Shown here piece after piece: positions 1 through 7,337 of a stretch of 64,000 nucleotides of DNA. The stretch covers positions 332,033 through 396,032 of the forward strand of contig CAVVWN010000014.1 of assembly GCA_963752045.1 (NCBI GenBank), read 5' to 3'. Made by a program: the position numbers and the translations under genes. The notes under the pieces are model-generated. The model searched no databases and was not told the origin of the DNA. It was given only the letters and a program-made list of their open reading frames with translations. The DNA comes from an uncultured Acidobacteriota bacterium (lineage in GTDB: Bacteria > Acidobacteriota > Vicinamibacteria > Vicinamibacterales > SCN-69-37). Position 1 is the first letter of the stretch; the number at the start of each line of letters is the position of its first letter.

Positions 1-343
1 TCTCGTCCCAGCGGATCACGGTTGTCCCGTCGAGGCGGCCGAGCAGTTCCGCGGTGCCGTCGGTGGACTGATTGTCGACAATGACGACCTCGAGCGGCGG
101 GTGCGGCACGTCAGCCAGGGCGCGCAGGCAGGCCAACGTGAGCTCGGCACGGTTGTGCAGCACGAGGAGCACCGAGACGCGCGGACTGGCGAGGCACGAA
201 AACGCCAGGCGCTCGTTGCTCCGGAGGAACGCGGCGAGCTCTGACCGGCGCGCGTCGGCGAGCGCGGCCTTGCGCGTCGTGTCTTCCCGCGCTCGGACGG
301 CGCCCCGCGGGTCGGCGTCACGATCCGGCGACGGCGAGGACAT
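1..343 (-). CDS. glycosyltransferase family 2, N-terminal part (gene runs off the left edge)
   Basis: Not in the ORF track (no stop inside the window). My own minus-strand translation from ATG 343..341 gives MSSPSPDRD...RVSVLLVLHNRAELTLACLRALADVPHPPLEVVIVDNQSTDGTAELLGRL, the typical GT2 N-terminal pattern (xVLLxxHN...VDNxSxDGT). Confidence 0.6.
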   Translation of the reverse strand, partial: MSSPSPDRDADPRGAVRAREDTTRKAALADARRSELAAFLRSNERLAFSCLASPRVSVLLVLHNRAELTLACLRALADVPHPPLEVVIVDNQSTDGTAELLGRLDGTTVIRWDE

Positions 344-485
344 CAGTTGGCGCAGGTGCCGGAGGTCGACCAGCCAGCGGCTCGGCGACAGCGGCAGACG
401 GCCTTCGCGGAAAGCATCGAGTGCAAGGCCGGCGGCCGTTCTGACGTACCGAATGCGACTGAACCGGCGCGGCATGAACGCCGGG

Positions 486-1382
486 CTACGCCTGCCCGAA
501 CCTGCCGAGGGCGTAGTCGGCGACGCCTCGGCCGACCGCGGCCAGTCGCTCCGGTATGCGGCCGACAGGCGCGCGAAGCGCATGGGCGGCGTTGAGGCCA
601 ACGATCGCGGCTTCCCGGGAGCGGGCCGCGATCCTGCCGCCCGACGACGCGTGCCGCCGGCCGAGTCGCAGGTGGTTCCGCGCCGCGTAGTACAGACGCA
701 ACGACGAAGCCGCGCCGATCGTCCGCGAGCCCTCGTGGAGCGCTCGGGCCGCCGGGACGGCAACCGTCGTATAGCCGGCCCGCCGCGCGCGGAGGCAGAA
801 GTCGAGGTCCTCGAAGCCGAAGAAGTACGCCTCGTCGAAAAGACCGATCGCGTCGAAGACGCGACAGTCGATCAGCATCACGCATCCGGCCACGGCGTCG
901 ACGGTTTCGACCGATCCGCGTGGCACCGCATCGGCCGCTCGACCGGAGCCGCGGAGCCGCATGCGCCCGGAACGGCAGTCATAGGAGATGCCCATGGACT
1001 GCACGCGGTCCGGCGCGTGCCGTTCGAGCACAAGAGGGCCGGCAACCCCGGCCTGCGGGTGGCGCTCGAGGGCATCGAGCATGGACGCAATGCAGCCCGG
1101 CTCGAGCGTGACGTCGCTGTTCACGAGCAGCACCCGGCTGGCGCCGCGTGAGAGCGCCTCGCGGATCCCGGCGTTCACGCCACCCGGGAAACCGAGATTC
1201 CGTCCGGGGCACAGCGTGATCGTCTGGACGAATTCGGTGGCCCACATGGCTGACTCGCCACATGCGTCGTTCTCGACCACGATGATCTCGTCGGGCGCAC
1301 CCATCGAACCGGCAATCGAGGCCACGGCTCGACGTGTATCGTCCGGCGTCCGGTGGTTGAGCACGACGGCCGAGAGACTCAC
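486..1382 (-). CDS. glycosyltransferase family 2
   Basis: ORF 486..1592. GT2 motifs run from VSLSAVVLNHRTPDDT through IIVVENDA, NLGFPGGVNAG and FFGFEDLDFCLRARRAGY. The start is placed at GTG 1382, which overlaps the upstream stop as GTGA; the upstream part of the ORF is Arg/Gly junk that overlaps the neighbouring gene. Confidence 0.85.
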   Translation of the reverse strand: MSLSAVVLNHRTPDDTRRAVASIAGSMGAPDEIIVVENDACGESAMWATEFVQTITLCPGRNLGFPGGVNAGIREALSRGASRVLLVNSDVTLEPGCIASMLDALERHPQAGVAGPLVLERHAPDRVQSMGISYDCRSGRMRLRGSGRAADAVPRGSVETVDAVAGCVMLIDCRVFDAIGLFDEAYFFGFEDLDFCLRARRAGYTTVAVPAARALHEGSRTIGAASSLRLYYAARNHLRLGRRHASSGGRIAARSREAAIVGLNAAHALRAPVGRIPERLAAVGRGVADYALGRFGQA

Positions 1383-1882
1383 TTCTTCATCTGCCTCAGC
1401 AGCGCCGCCTGCTTGACCCAGTCGCGCGCGATGGGCTGCAACCCGGCGTAGGCCAGCCAGGCCGCGCGCGCCCAGCGGTCCACGCCGGCCACGAGCCGAT
1501 CGGGCTCGTTGGCGTCCTTGAGGCTCCCGACCGTCACGGTGCCGCGGCTCTCGGGAATGCCGGGCGCCGGCGGATAGACGAGATGCCCCCACGGGTCGTG
1601 CTCGACGAGCTTCTCGAGCGCCCGATATCCCGTTTCATTACCGCCATGCTCGAGCGCCCAGCACACGCCGCCGAGGTGCATCACGAGCTTGGTGAAACGG
1701 CCGCACAGCTCTTCTTCATGCTGGATGGCGTACACGTCGTGCATCAGACGCCAGGTGGAGAGGCTCCCCGTCCAGGCAAGCGCCCGAACGCGCAGCGAGA
1801 CGTCGTCGAACATGGCCTGGCAGGCCTCGCGGCCGGCGGGAAAACCGCACATGGGACAGGGCTCGGTCACACTGGGCGTCAT
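1379..1882 (-). CDS. hypothetical protein, DUF5946-like (N-terminal CPxCG motif)
   Basis: 167-aa ORF with good GC3 bias. It starts MTPSVTEPCPMCGFPAGREACQAMFDD and has a conserved-looking core; I recall this pattern as the DUF5946 family. Its stop overlaps the GT2 start. Confidence 0.7.
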   Translation of the reverse strand: MTPSVTEPCPMCGFPAGREACQAMFDDVSLRVRALAWTGSLSTWRLMHDVYAIQHEEELCGRFTKLVMHLGGVCWALEHGGNETGYRALEKLVEHDPWGHLVYPPAPGIPESRGTVTVGSLKDANEPDRLVAGVDRWARAAWLAYAGLQPIARDWVKQAALLRQMKK

Positions 1883-1937
1883 GGGCGAAACCGTGATCTG
1901 CTTCCGGGGGGAGCCAGAATGCCAGATGACAGCATAT

Positions 1938-1955
1938 CGGACCCGGCAGGGTCCG
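1938..1955 (-). terminator. candidate terminator hairpin after the cytochrome c gene
   Basis: CGGACCC-ggca-GGGTCCG is a perfect 7-bp stem about 30 nt downstream of the stop at 1984. There is no clean U-tract. Confidence 0.3.
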
Positions 1956-1983
1956 GCTCAGCCTTTGATGACGGCGGCAACTA

Positions 1984-2445
1984 TCAGCGATCCGTCTGGC
2001 CGCCCGGCCGCGCGATCTTGATGTTTCGGGCAGTTGCGTCGGCCACGAGCGCCGACTCGCCTGCGGGCAGCTTGTTGGTCTGCAGGATGAAGGCGACCAC
2101 GTCGGCGGCCTGCGTGGCGTCCACGATGACCGAGCCGTCAGGCGGCATACCGAGGCGGATGGACGTCACGAGCTGGAAGACAGACTTCCCTTCCCAGTTA
2201 TTGAAGAACGTCTCGCCGCCGAGGAGCGGGCCTTCGAGCTTCGGCGTGACGGGCTCGAACGTGTGGCACCTGGCGCAGGTCTTCTCGAAGAACGCCTTGC
2301 CGCTGTCGGCCTGCGCGGCCGTGTACACGCCGTCGAGCGTGGTCTTGCCGTCCTGCGCGGCGGGCCGGGCCGACAGGGCGACGGTGAGGGCGGCACCGGC
2401 GTACGCACCGGCAGCCGCCGTGAGAAGGAGCGACGCGATCCGCAT
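1984..2445 (-). CDS. monohaem c-type cytochrome, exported (third subunit of the hydroxylase operon)
   Basis: Start is at ATG 2445 (MRIASLLLTAAAGAYAGAAL signal peptide). There is a single CxxCH motif (CARCH). The gene lies 6 nt downstream of the molybdopterin subunit; the upstream part of track ORF 1984..2922 is junk. Confidence 0.8.
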   Translation of the reverse strand: MRIASLLLTAAAGAYAGAALTVALSARPAAQDGKTTLDGVYTAAQADSGKAFFEKTCARCHTFEPVTPKLEGPLLGGETFFNNWEGKSVFQLVTSIRLGMPPDGSVIVDATQAADVVAFILQTNKLPAGESALVADATARNIKIARPGGQTDR

Positions 2446-2450
2446 GACGA

Positions 2451-4658
2451 TCAGGCCCAGCTGTATCCGCTCTTGCTGAGCGGCAGCGACCGCACCCGGT
2501 CGCCGGTTGCGGCGAAGATGGCGTTGGCCACCGCCGGCAGCACCGGCGGAAGCGCAGGTTCGCCGAGCCCGGTCGGGTCGTTGTCGCTCGTCACCCAATG
2601 CGTTTCGATGGCCGGCGGCGCGTTGCGCATCCTCAGCAACTGATAGTCGTTGAAGTTGCCCTGGACGACACGGCCACGCTCGATGGTGATCTCCTGCATC
2701 ATCTGGCTGATGCCGTCGATGACACCGCCCTCCACCTGGCTCTCGGCGTGGAGCGGGTTGATGATGTGCCGGCCGATGTCGCCGGCGACCCACACCTTGT
2801 TGACCGTCACGCGCTTCCGGGCGTCCACCGTCACATCGGCCACCTCGGCGAAATACCCGGAATGGCTGAAGTAGCAGGCGATGCCCATGGCGCGGTTGCC
2901 GCTCTTCGGCCGGTTGGCCCACCCGGACTTCTCGGCCACAAGACGCAGGACGGCCGACATGCGCGCCGGGTCGAGCCCGCCGCGCTGGCCTTCGGCCTGA
3001 ATCGGCGGACGCGCGAGCAGCTCCAACTGGAAGTCGAGCGGGTCCTTGCCGGCCGCGTGTGCCATCTCGTCCACGAACGACTGCATGACGAAGGCGAGCG
3101 CATTGCTGCCTGGCGCCCGCAACGCGCCCGTGCGCTGGCTGAACGGCATGAGCGACGTCTCGAGCGCGAAGTCGGCCACGAAGCGGGCGGGAAAGTCACT
3201 GGCGCCCACGCTTGCCGACGGCGCGAACTGCGGACCGCGCTCGGTCATCTGGCCGAACGAGACGAAGCGATCCCGCCACGCGATGAGCTTGCCCGACGCG
3301 TCCACGCCGCCCTTGAAGAAGTGGAATCCGGCCGGCCGGAAGATCTCCTGCCGCATCTCGTCTTCGCGGCTCCAGCGCAGCTGGACGGGCACGCCGACTT
3401 CCTTCGCGACCCACGCGGCCTCGACGACGTAGTTGTTGTAGAGCCGCCGGCCGAACCCGCCGCCCATCTTGTAGAGGTGCAGCGTGATGTTCTCGGCGGG
3501 TATGTCCATGGCGCGCGAGATCATGCTCACGCCGCTCGCCGGCGTCTGCGTGCCCACCCAGAGCTCGAGCTTGCCGTCCCTGTAGTGCGCCGTGCAGTTT
3601 GGCGGCTCGAGCGGAGCGTGCGCGATGAACGGATAGGAGTAAGCCGCTTCGACGACCTTGGCGGCGCGCCCGAAGGCGGCCTCGGCGTCGCCGTCCTGGC
3701 GGATCGTAGCCTGGGCCGGCGCGGCGGCGAGCTCGGTGGCGCGCCGCGCGAACGTCTCGCTGCTGTCGGAGGCACCGGCGCCCTCGTCCGACGTCATCTT
3801 CAACGCCTTGCGCGCCGTCTCCGCCTGCCAGTACGAGTCGGCCACTATCGCCACGCCGCTGAAGGGCGCCGCGTTGTTCGGGCCGTTCGGCACGATGAAG
3901 GCGTGACGCACGCCAGCCATCCGCCGAATCTCATCGAGGTTCGCGCCGGTGACGCTGCCGCCTGGCACCGGACACCGTTCGTAGACGGCATGCAGCATGC
4001 CGGGCATCGAGAAGTCGATCCCGTAGAGCGGCTTGCCGGTCACGAGCGCCGGGTTGTCCACACCCGGAACACGCGTGCCGATGATCTTGTAGTCCTTCGG
4101 ATCTTTCAGCGTGAGCGAGGACGGATCGGGCGGCTCGAGTGCGGCCGCGGCCGCGGCCAGCTGCCCGTAGCCGACCGAGCGATTCGTCTCCGCGTCAATC
4201 ACGCGACCCGACGCCGTCGTCAACCGCGCAGCCGGCACGTTCCAGGTCTGGGCCGCAGCGGCAACGAGCGTGGCGCGCGCGGCGGCGCCCACCTGACGCA
4301 TCGGCGTCCAGTTCGACGGAATGCCCCGGCTGCCGCCGGCCGTCTGCGGGCCGTACTTCGAGTCGAGATCGGCCTGTTCGACGCGCACGCTCGCCCAGTC
4401 GACGTCGAGCTCCTCGGCGATGAGCATCGGCAGGGTGACCTTGACGCCCTGACCGATTTCCGGGTTCTTCGACATGATGGTGACGGTGCCGTCGGGCGCG
4501 ATGCGGATGAACGCATCAGGATCGAGCGGCGGCGCCGAGCCGCGGCCGCGCTGCGCGAGGAGCGTGGCCGGATCGAGATACGCGCTGAACATGATGCCGC
4601 CACCCGCAAGGGCGGAGACGCGAAGGAAGGCGCGGCGATCGATTGTTCCTGTGCTCAT
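2451..4658 (-). CDS. aldehyde oxidase/xanthine dehydrogenase-family molybdopterin-binding subunit (IorB-like)
   Basis: 735-aa ORF with a twin-arginine signal (MSTGTIDRRAFLRVSALAGGG). It shows family-typical length and motifs throughout and is flanked by the 2Fe-2S and cytochrome c genes. Confidence 0.9.
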   Translation of the reverse strand: MSTGTIDRRAFLRVSALAGGGIMFSAYLDPATLLAQRGRGSAPPLDPDAFIRIAPDGTVTIMSKNPEIGQGVKVTLPMLIAEELDVDWASVRVEQADLDSKYGPQTAGGSRGIPSNWTPMRQVGAAARATLVAAAAQTWNVPAARLTTASGRVIDAETNRSVGYGQLAAAAAALEPPDPSSLTLKDPKDYKIIGTRVPGVDNPALVTGKPLYGIDFSMPGMLHAVYERCPVPGGSVTGANLDEIRRMAGVRHAFIVPNGPNNAAPFSGVAIVADSYWQAETARKALKMTSDEGAGASDSSETFARRATELAAAPAQATIRQDGDAEAAFGRAAKVVEAAYSYPFIAHAPLEPPNCTAHYRDGKLELWVGTQTPASGVSMISRAMDIPAENITLHLYKMGGGFGRRLYNNYVVEAAWVAKEVGVPVQLRWSREDEMRQEIFRPAGFHFFKGGVDASGKLIAWRDRFVSFGQMTERGPQFAPSASVGASDFPARFVADFALETSLMPFSQRTGALRAPGSNALAFVMQSFVDEMAHAAGKDPLDFQLELLARPPIQAEGQRGGLDPARMSAVLRLVAEKSGWANRPKSGNRAMGIACYFSHSGYFAEVADVTVDARKRVTVNKVWVAGDIGRHIINPLHAESQVEGGVIDGISQMMQEITIERGRVVQGNFNDYQLLRMRNAPPAIETHWVTSDNDPTGLGEPALPPVLPAVANAIFAATGDRVRSLPLSKSGYSWA

Positions 4659-4667
4659 GACGCCCCC

Positions 4668-5186
4668 CTACTTGCTGACCGGCTCGGCCGGCCCGGCCAC
4701 ATGGACCGTGACGTCGCCGTTTCCGTTGCCCGTCGACATCAGCGTCGCCGCGCGTCGAATCCCCTGGCGAATACGGAGATACGTGCCACACCGGCAGATG
4801 TTGCCGTTCATCGCAGTATCGATGTCTTCATCGGTCGGCTGCGGATTGACGCCGAGCAGCGCCGCCGCCGTCATGATCTGGCCGGCCTGGCAGTAGCCGC
4901 ACTCGGGCACGTCCACTTCCTGCCACGCGCGCTGAAGCGGATGCGACCCGTCGGCCGAGAGCCCCTCGATGGTCACAATCTCGCCGGCGACATTGCCGAC
5001 CTGAATCTGGCAGGAGCGGACGGCACGGCCGCGCATGTGCACCGTGCACGCACCGCACTGGCCGACGCCGCAGCCGAACTTCGTGCCTTTCAGGTTGAGG
5101 ACGTCGCGCAGCACCCACAGCAGCGGCGTGTCGGCAGCGACGTCAACAGTCGCAGACTTCCCGTTGACGGTCAGGGTTACGAACAT
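4668..5186 (-). CDS. (2Fe-2S)-binding small subunit (IorA/CoxS-like)
   Basis: [16 protein letters not shown]...[16 protein letters not shown]...[10 protein letters not shown]...NICRCGTY are the two canonical [2Fe-2S] cysteine clusters. The start is taken at the second Met (5186). Confidence 0.9.
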   Translation of the reverse strand: MFVTLTVNGKSATVDVAADTPLLWVLRDVLNLKGTKFGCGVGQCGACTVHMRGRAVRSCQIQVGNVAGEIVTIEGLSADGSHPLQRAWQEVDVPECGYCQAGQIMTAAALLGVNPQPTDEDIDTAMNGNICRCGTYLRIRQGIRRAATLMSTGNGNGDVTVHVAGPAEPVSK

Positions 5187-5241
5187 GGTTGGCCTCAGAA
5201 AAGTGAACCGCCATGATACCACCGGCAGGCCGGAAAACCGG

Positions 5242-5766
5242 CTACTTGCGGCCAGTTTGCCCCCGGCCGGTCAGCCCGGCGACGTCAGCCTGAAACAGCC
5301 CGCCAAGCTTCGCGAGCGTCCGGGCCGTCGTCTCCAGATCCCGGGCGTCGAGGCGGGGCACGAGCGCGGCCACGACGCGGCCTTCGCGGCCGCGAATCTT
5401 CGCGACGACGGCCCGCCCGGCCTCGGTGAGGCGGACCAGCTTCGAGCGGCGGTGCCGTGGATTGTCGACGAGTTCCACAAGGCCGTGCGCGAGAAGCGGG
5501 TTCACGGTTGACTGGATGTGCTGCCGCGTCACGGGCCTTGCGCGCGCCATCTCAGGCACCGTGCGAGGTCCCTCCTCGGCAAGCTCCACAAGCACCGCGC
5601 GCTCACCGCCGGTCAGATCGTCTGGCGCGTGGAGCGCTTCGGCCGCGCGATCGAGCCGATGGACGAGACGACGGGCCTCATCGGTCAGCTTTCGGAGGGC
5701 GAGCGCGGCACGGACGGCATCGGCACTCACTGAACCTCGATCGGTCATTGCGGTCTCCAAGGGCAT
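5242..5766 (-). CDS. MarR family transcriptional regulator
   Basis: 174 aa. The winged-HTH region is [67 protein letters not shown]. The start could be Met7 (5748). Confidence 0.85.
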   Translation of the reverse strand: MPLETAMTDRGSVSADAVRAALALRKLTDEARRLVHRLDRAAEALHAPDDLTGGERAVLVELAEEGPRTVPEMARARPVTRQHIQSTVNPLLAHGLVELVDNPRHRRSKLVRLTEAGRAVVAKIRGREGRVVAALVPRLDARDLETTARTLAKLGGLFQADVAGLTGRGQTGRK

Positions 5767-5778
5767 GTGGTGAGCATA

Positions 5779-5817
5779 ACGACAACTATGTTGTCGTATA
5801 TGACATATATATTGTCA
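5779..5817. promoter_or_regulatory. two adjacent palindromes in an AT-rich spacer (candidate MarR operator/promoter)
   Basis: ACGACAAC-tat-GTTGTCGT (5779-5797, perfect 8-bp arms) and TGACA-tatatat-TGTCA (5801-5817). They lie immediately upstream of the MarR start in the only AT-rich stretch of the neighbourhood. Confidence 0.4.
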
Positions 5818-5849
5818 TTCTGAGTCCTACATTCTGCAAGATTCTCCCC

Positions 5850-6038
5850 ATGCGGCTGGCAGCTTCCGAGCGGACCCTCCTCACCCTGCTTGCCGATGAG
5901 AGTCCGCGCTTCGGCCTCGAGCTCGTCGCCGCCTCGAGCGGCCGGCGACTCTACGAACCCACGGCGCTCGGCCATCGCGCACTCCTCGCCGCTCGAATCT
6001 TCTCCGGCGAGATTTCGATCGACGGGGCAGCGTCGTGA
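5850..6038 (+). pseudogene. internally deleted PadR-like remnant
   Basis: 62-aa ORF MRLAASERTLLTLLADESPRFGLELVAASSG/RRLYEPTALGHRALLAARIF. It matches both ends of the intact PadR at 50175 (HILLSVFESPLHGYAII ... RRRYFQATPLGRAVAG) but lacks the central recognition-helix/wing segment. Confidence 0.35.
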
Positions 6039-6218
6039 TACGCGGTCTGTGCGAGTTCTTCATTCGCCTCGTTCCGCTCGACCGGCGCGGACAACGCGCG
6101 ATTGCCGAGGTCCTCGCCGACTGGCGACACGAGGAACAGCGCACACCTGCCGGAGTGAAGGCCCGTACGAACCAATCCGGCCCCGGCTCCGTCCAAGGGA
6201 AAAGCAGGCGGAGGCAGC

Positions 6219-6374
6219 ATGGCATTCCTGAGCAAGCTTCTCGGCAAGAAACCCCAGCAGACCCCCCGGGTCCGCATCTGCGTGGAGTGCGGGATGCCCA
6301 TCGCCGAGCACAAATCCTGGTGCAGCATCTTCCGCACGCAGCAGGAAATGGCCTCCAGGGCTGCCGCCAAGTAG
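6219..6374 (+). CDS. small hypothetical protein (51 aa) with a CxxC...HxxxxC knuckle
   Basis: Below the track's size cut-off. My own translation gives MAFLSKLLGKKPQQTPRVRICVECGMPIAEHKSWCSIFRTQQEMASRAAAK. GC3 is very high, and GGAGG sits 4 nt upstream of the ATG. Confidence 0.45.
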   Translation: MAFLSKLLGKKPQQTPRVRICVECGMPIAEHKSWCSIFRTQQEMASRAAAK

Positions 6375-6380
6375 CGCGCC

Positions 6381-7337
6381 TCAGGACCCGAAGTACCCGC
6401 GCCTCGCCAGCACGCTCGCGTCTTCACGCGCCACTTTGACGTCGATCTCGTGGTATCCGCCGCGATCGACCCCCTGCGGGTTGTAGTAGAGAACGTACGC
6501 CGACCGGAAGTCGGCCAGAATCCGCCTGAACGCGTCGGTGAGGTTGGTGGACTGATTCACCTGGAACACCGATCCGCCGGTTTCTCGCGCAAGCGATACA
6601 AGCAGCGGGCTGACCTGGACGACGCTCCGGGTTGTCGAGGGCATGCCCAAGGCTGGATTGGTCGCGACCGACACCGGCGGTGCGGCGCTTCCCGACGTGA
6701 CGAAGGTCAGCGTGGCGCGCGAGCGTTGCGCCACGCTCGTGAGCATGTCGGGCGTCGTCGCGCTCACGCTGTCGTTGCCGTCGGTGAAGAACACGACGAG
6801 CTGGCGCCTGTCGGGCGCCGCCGCGGAAACGAGCGCCACGCTCACGGCATCGAAGAACGCCGTGCCCCCGCCTGCCGTCACGGCGCGAATGGCCGCCTCC
6901 ACGGGCCGCACGTCGTTCGTGAAGTCCACCGTGCGGACGACGCGCATGTTGAACAGCATGAGCTTCAGGCGATCGTCCTCGCCCAGGTCGCCCATGAGCT
7001 GGACGACGCTCCTCCGCAGCGTGTCCAGGAGCCGTCCGGTCACGCTCGTGCTGACGTCGAGCGCCACGGTGACGTCGATGGGGAGCTGGCCGTAGCTCAC
7101 GGCGTCGACCTGCTGCAGGACGCCATTGTCGAAGACCTGGAAGTCCGATGCCGCGAGCCCCGTGACGGTCCGGCGAGACTTGTCGCGCACGCTGACGTCG
7201 ACGGCCACGGCCGACGTCGCCAGGCGAAACGTCGTCTGCTGCGCGCGCGCGGGCTCGCGGCCCGCAAGGACCGCGCCCACGGCACAGAGGGCCAGAAGAG
7301 CCTTCACGAGGAGCCCGCGTCGGTCCGCCGGCCTCAT
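6381..7337 (-). CDS. VWA domain-containing protein (TIGR03436-like VWFA-related acidobacterial domain)
   Basis: Signal peptide is MRPADRRGLLVKALLALCAVGAVLA. It is followed by TFRLATSAVAVDVSVRD...FQVFDNGVLQQV...IDVTVALDVSTSV. The ATG at 7337 overlaps the upstream stop (ATGA). Confidence 0.85.
   Translation of the reverse strand: MRPADRRGLLVKALLALCAVGAVLAGREPARAQQTTFRLATSAVAVDVSVRDKSRRTVTGLAASDFQVFDNGVLQQVDAVSYGQLPIDVTVALDVSTSVTGRLLDTLRRSVVQLMGDLGEDDRLKLMLFNMRVVRTVDFTNDVRPVEAAIRAVTAGGGTAFFDAVSVALVSAAAPDRRQLVVFFTDGNDSVSATTPDMLTSVAQRSRATLTFVTSGSAAPPVSVATNPALGMPSTTRSVVQVSPLLVSLARETGGSVFQVNQSTNLTDAFRRILADFRSAYVLYYNPQGVDRGGYHEIDVKVAREDASVLARRGYFGS

Noticed and set aside
16-321. 101-aa minus-strand track ORF at the left edge
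   Set aside because: Its translation is Arg/Ser/Pro junk. A different minus frame (ATG 343, open to the window edge) gives a convincing GT2 N-terminus, so I used that instead.
2598-5216. 872-aa + strand ORF, the longest in this region
   Set aside because: It is antisense to the clearly homologous molybdopterin and 2Fe-2S genes. Its translation is Arg/Ala/Gly/His-rich with no motifs. This is the usual shadow ORF of very GC-rich DNA.
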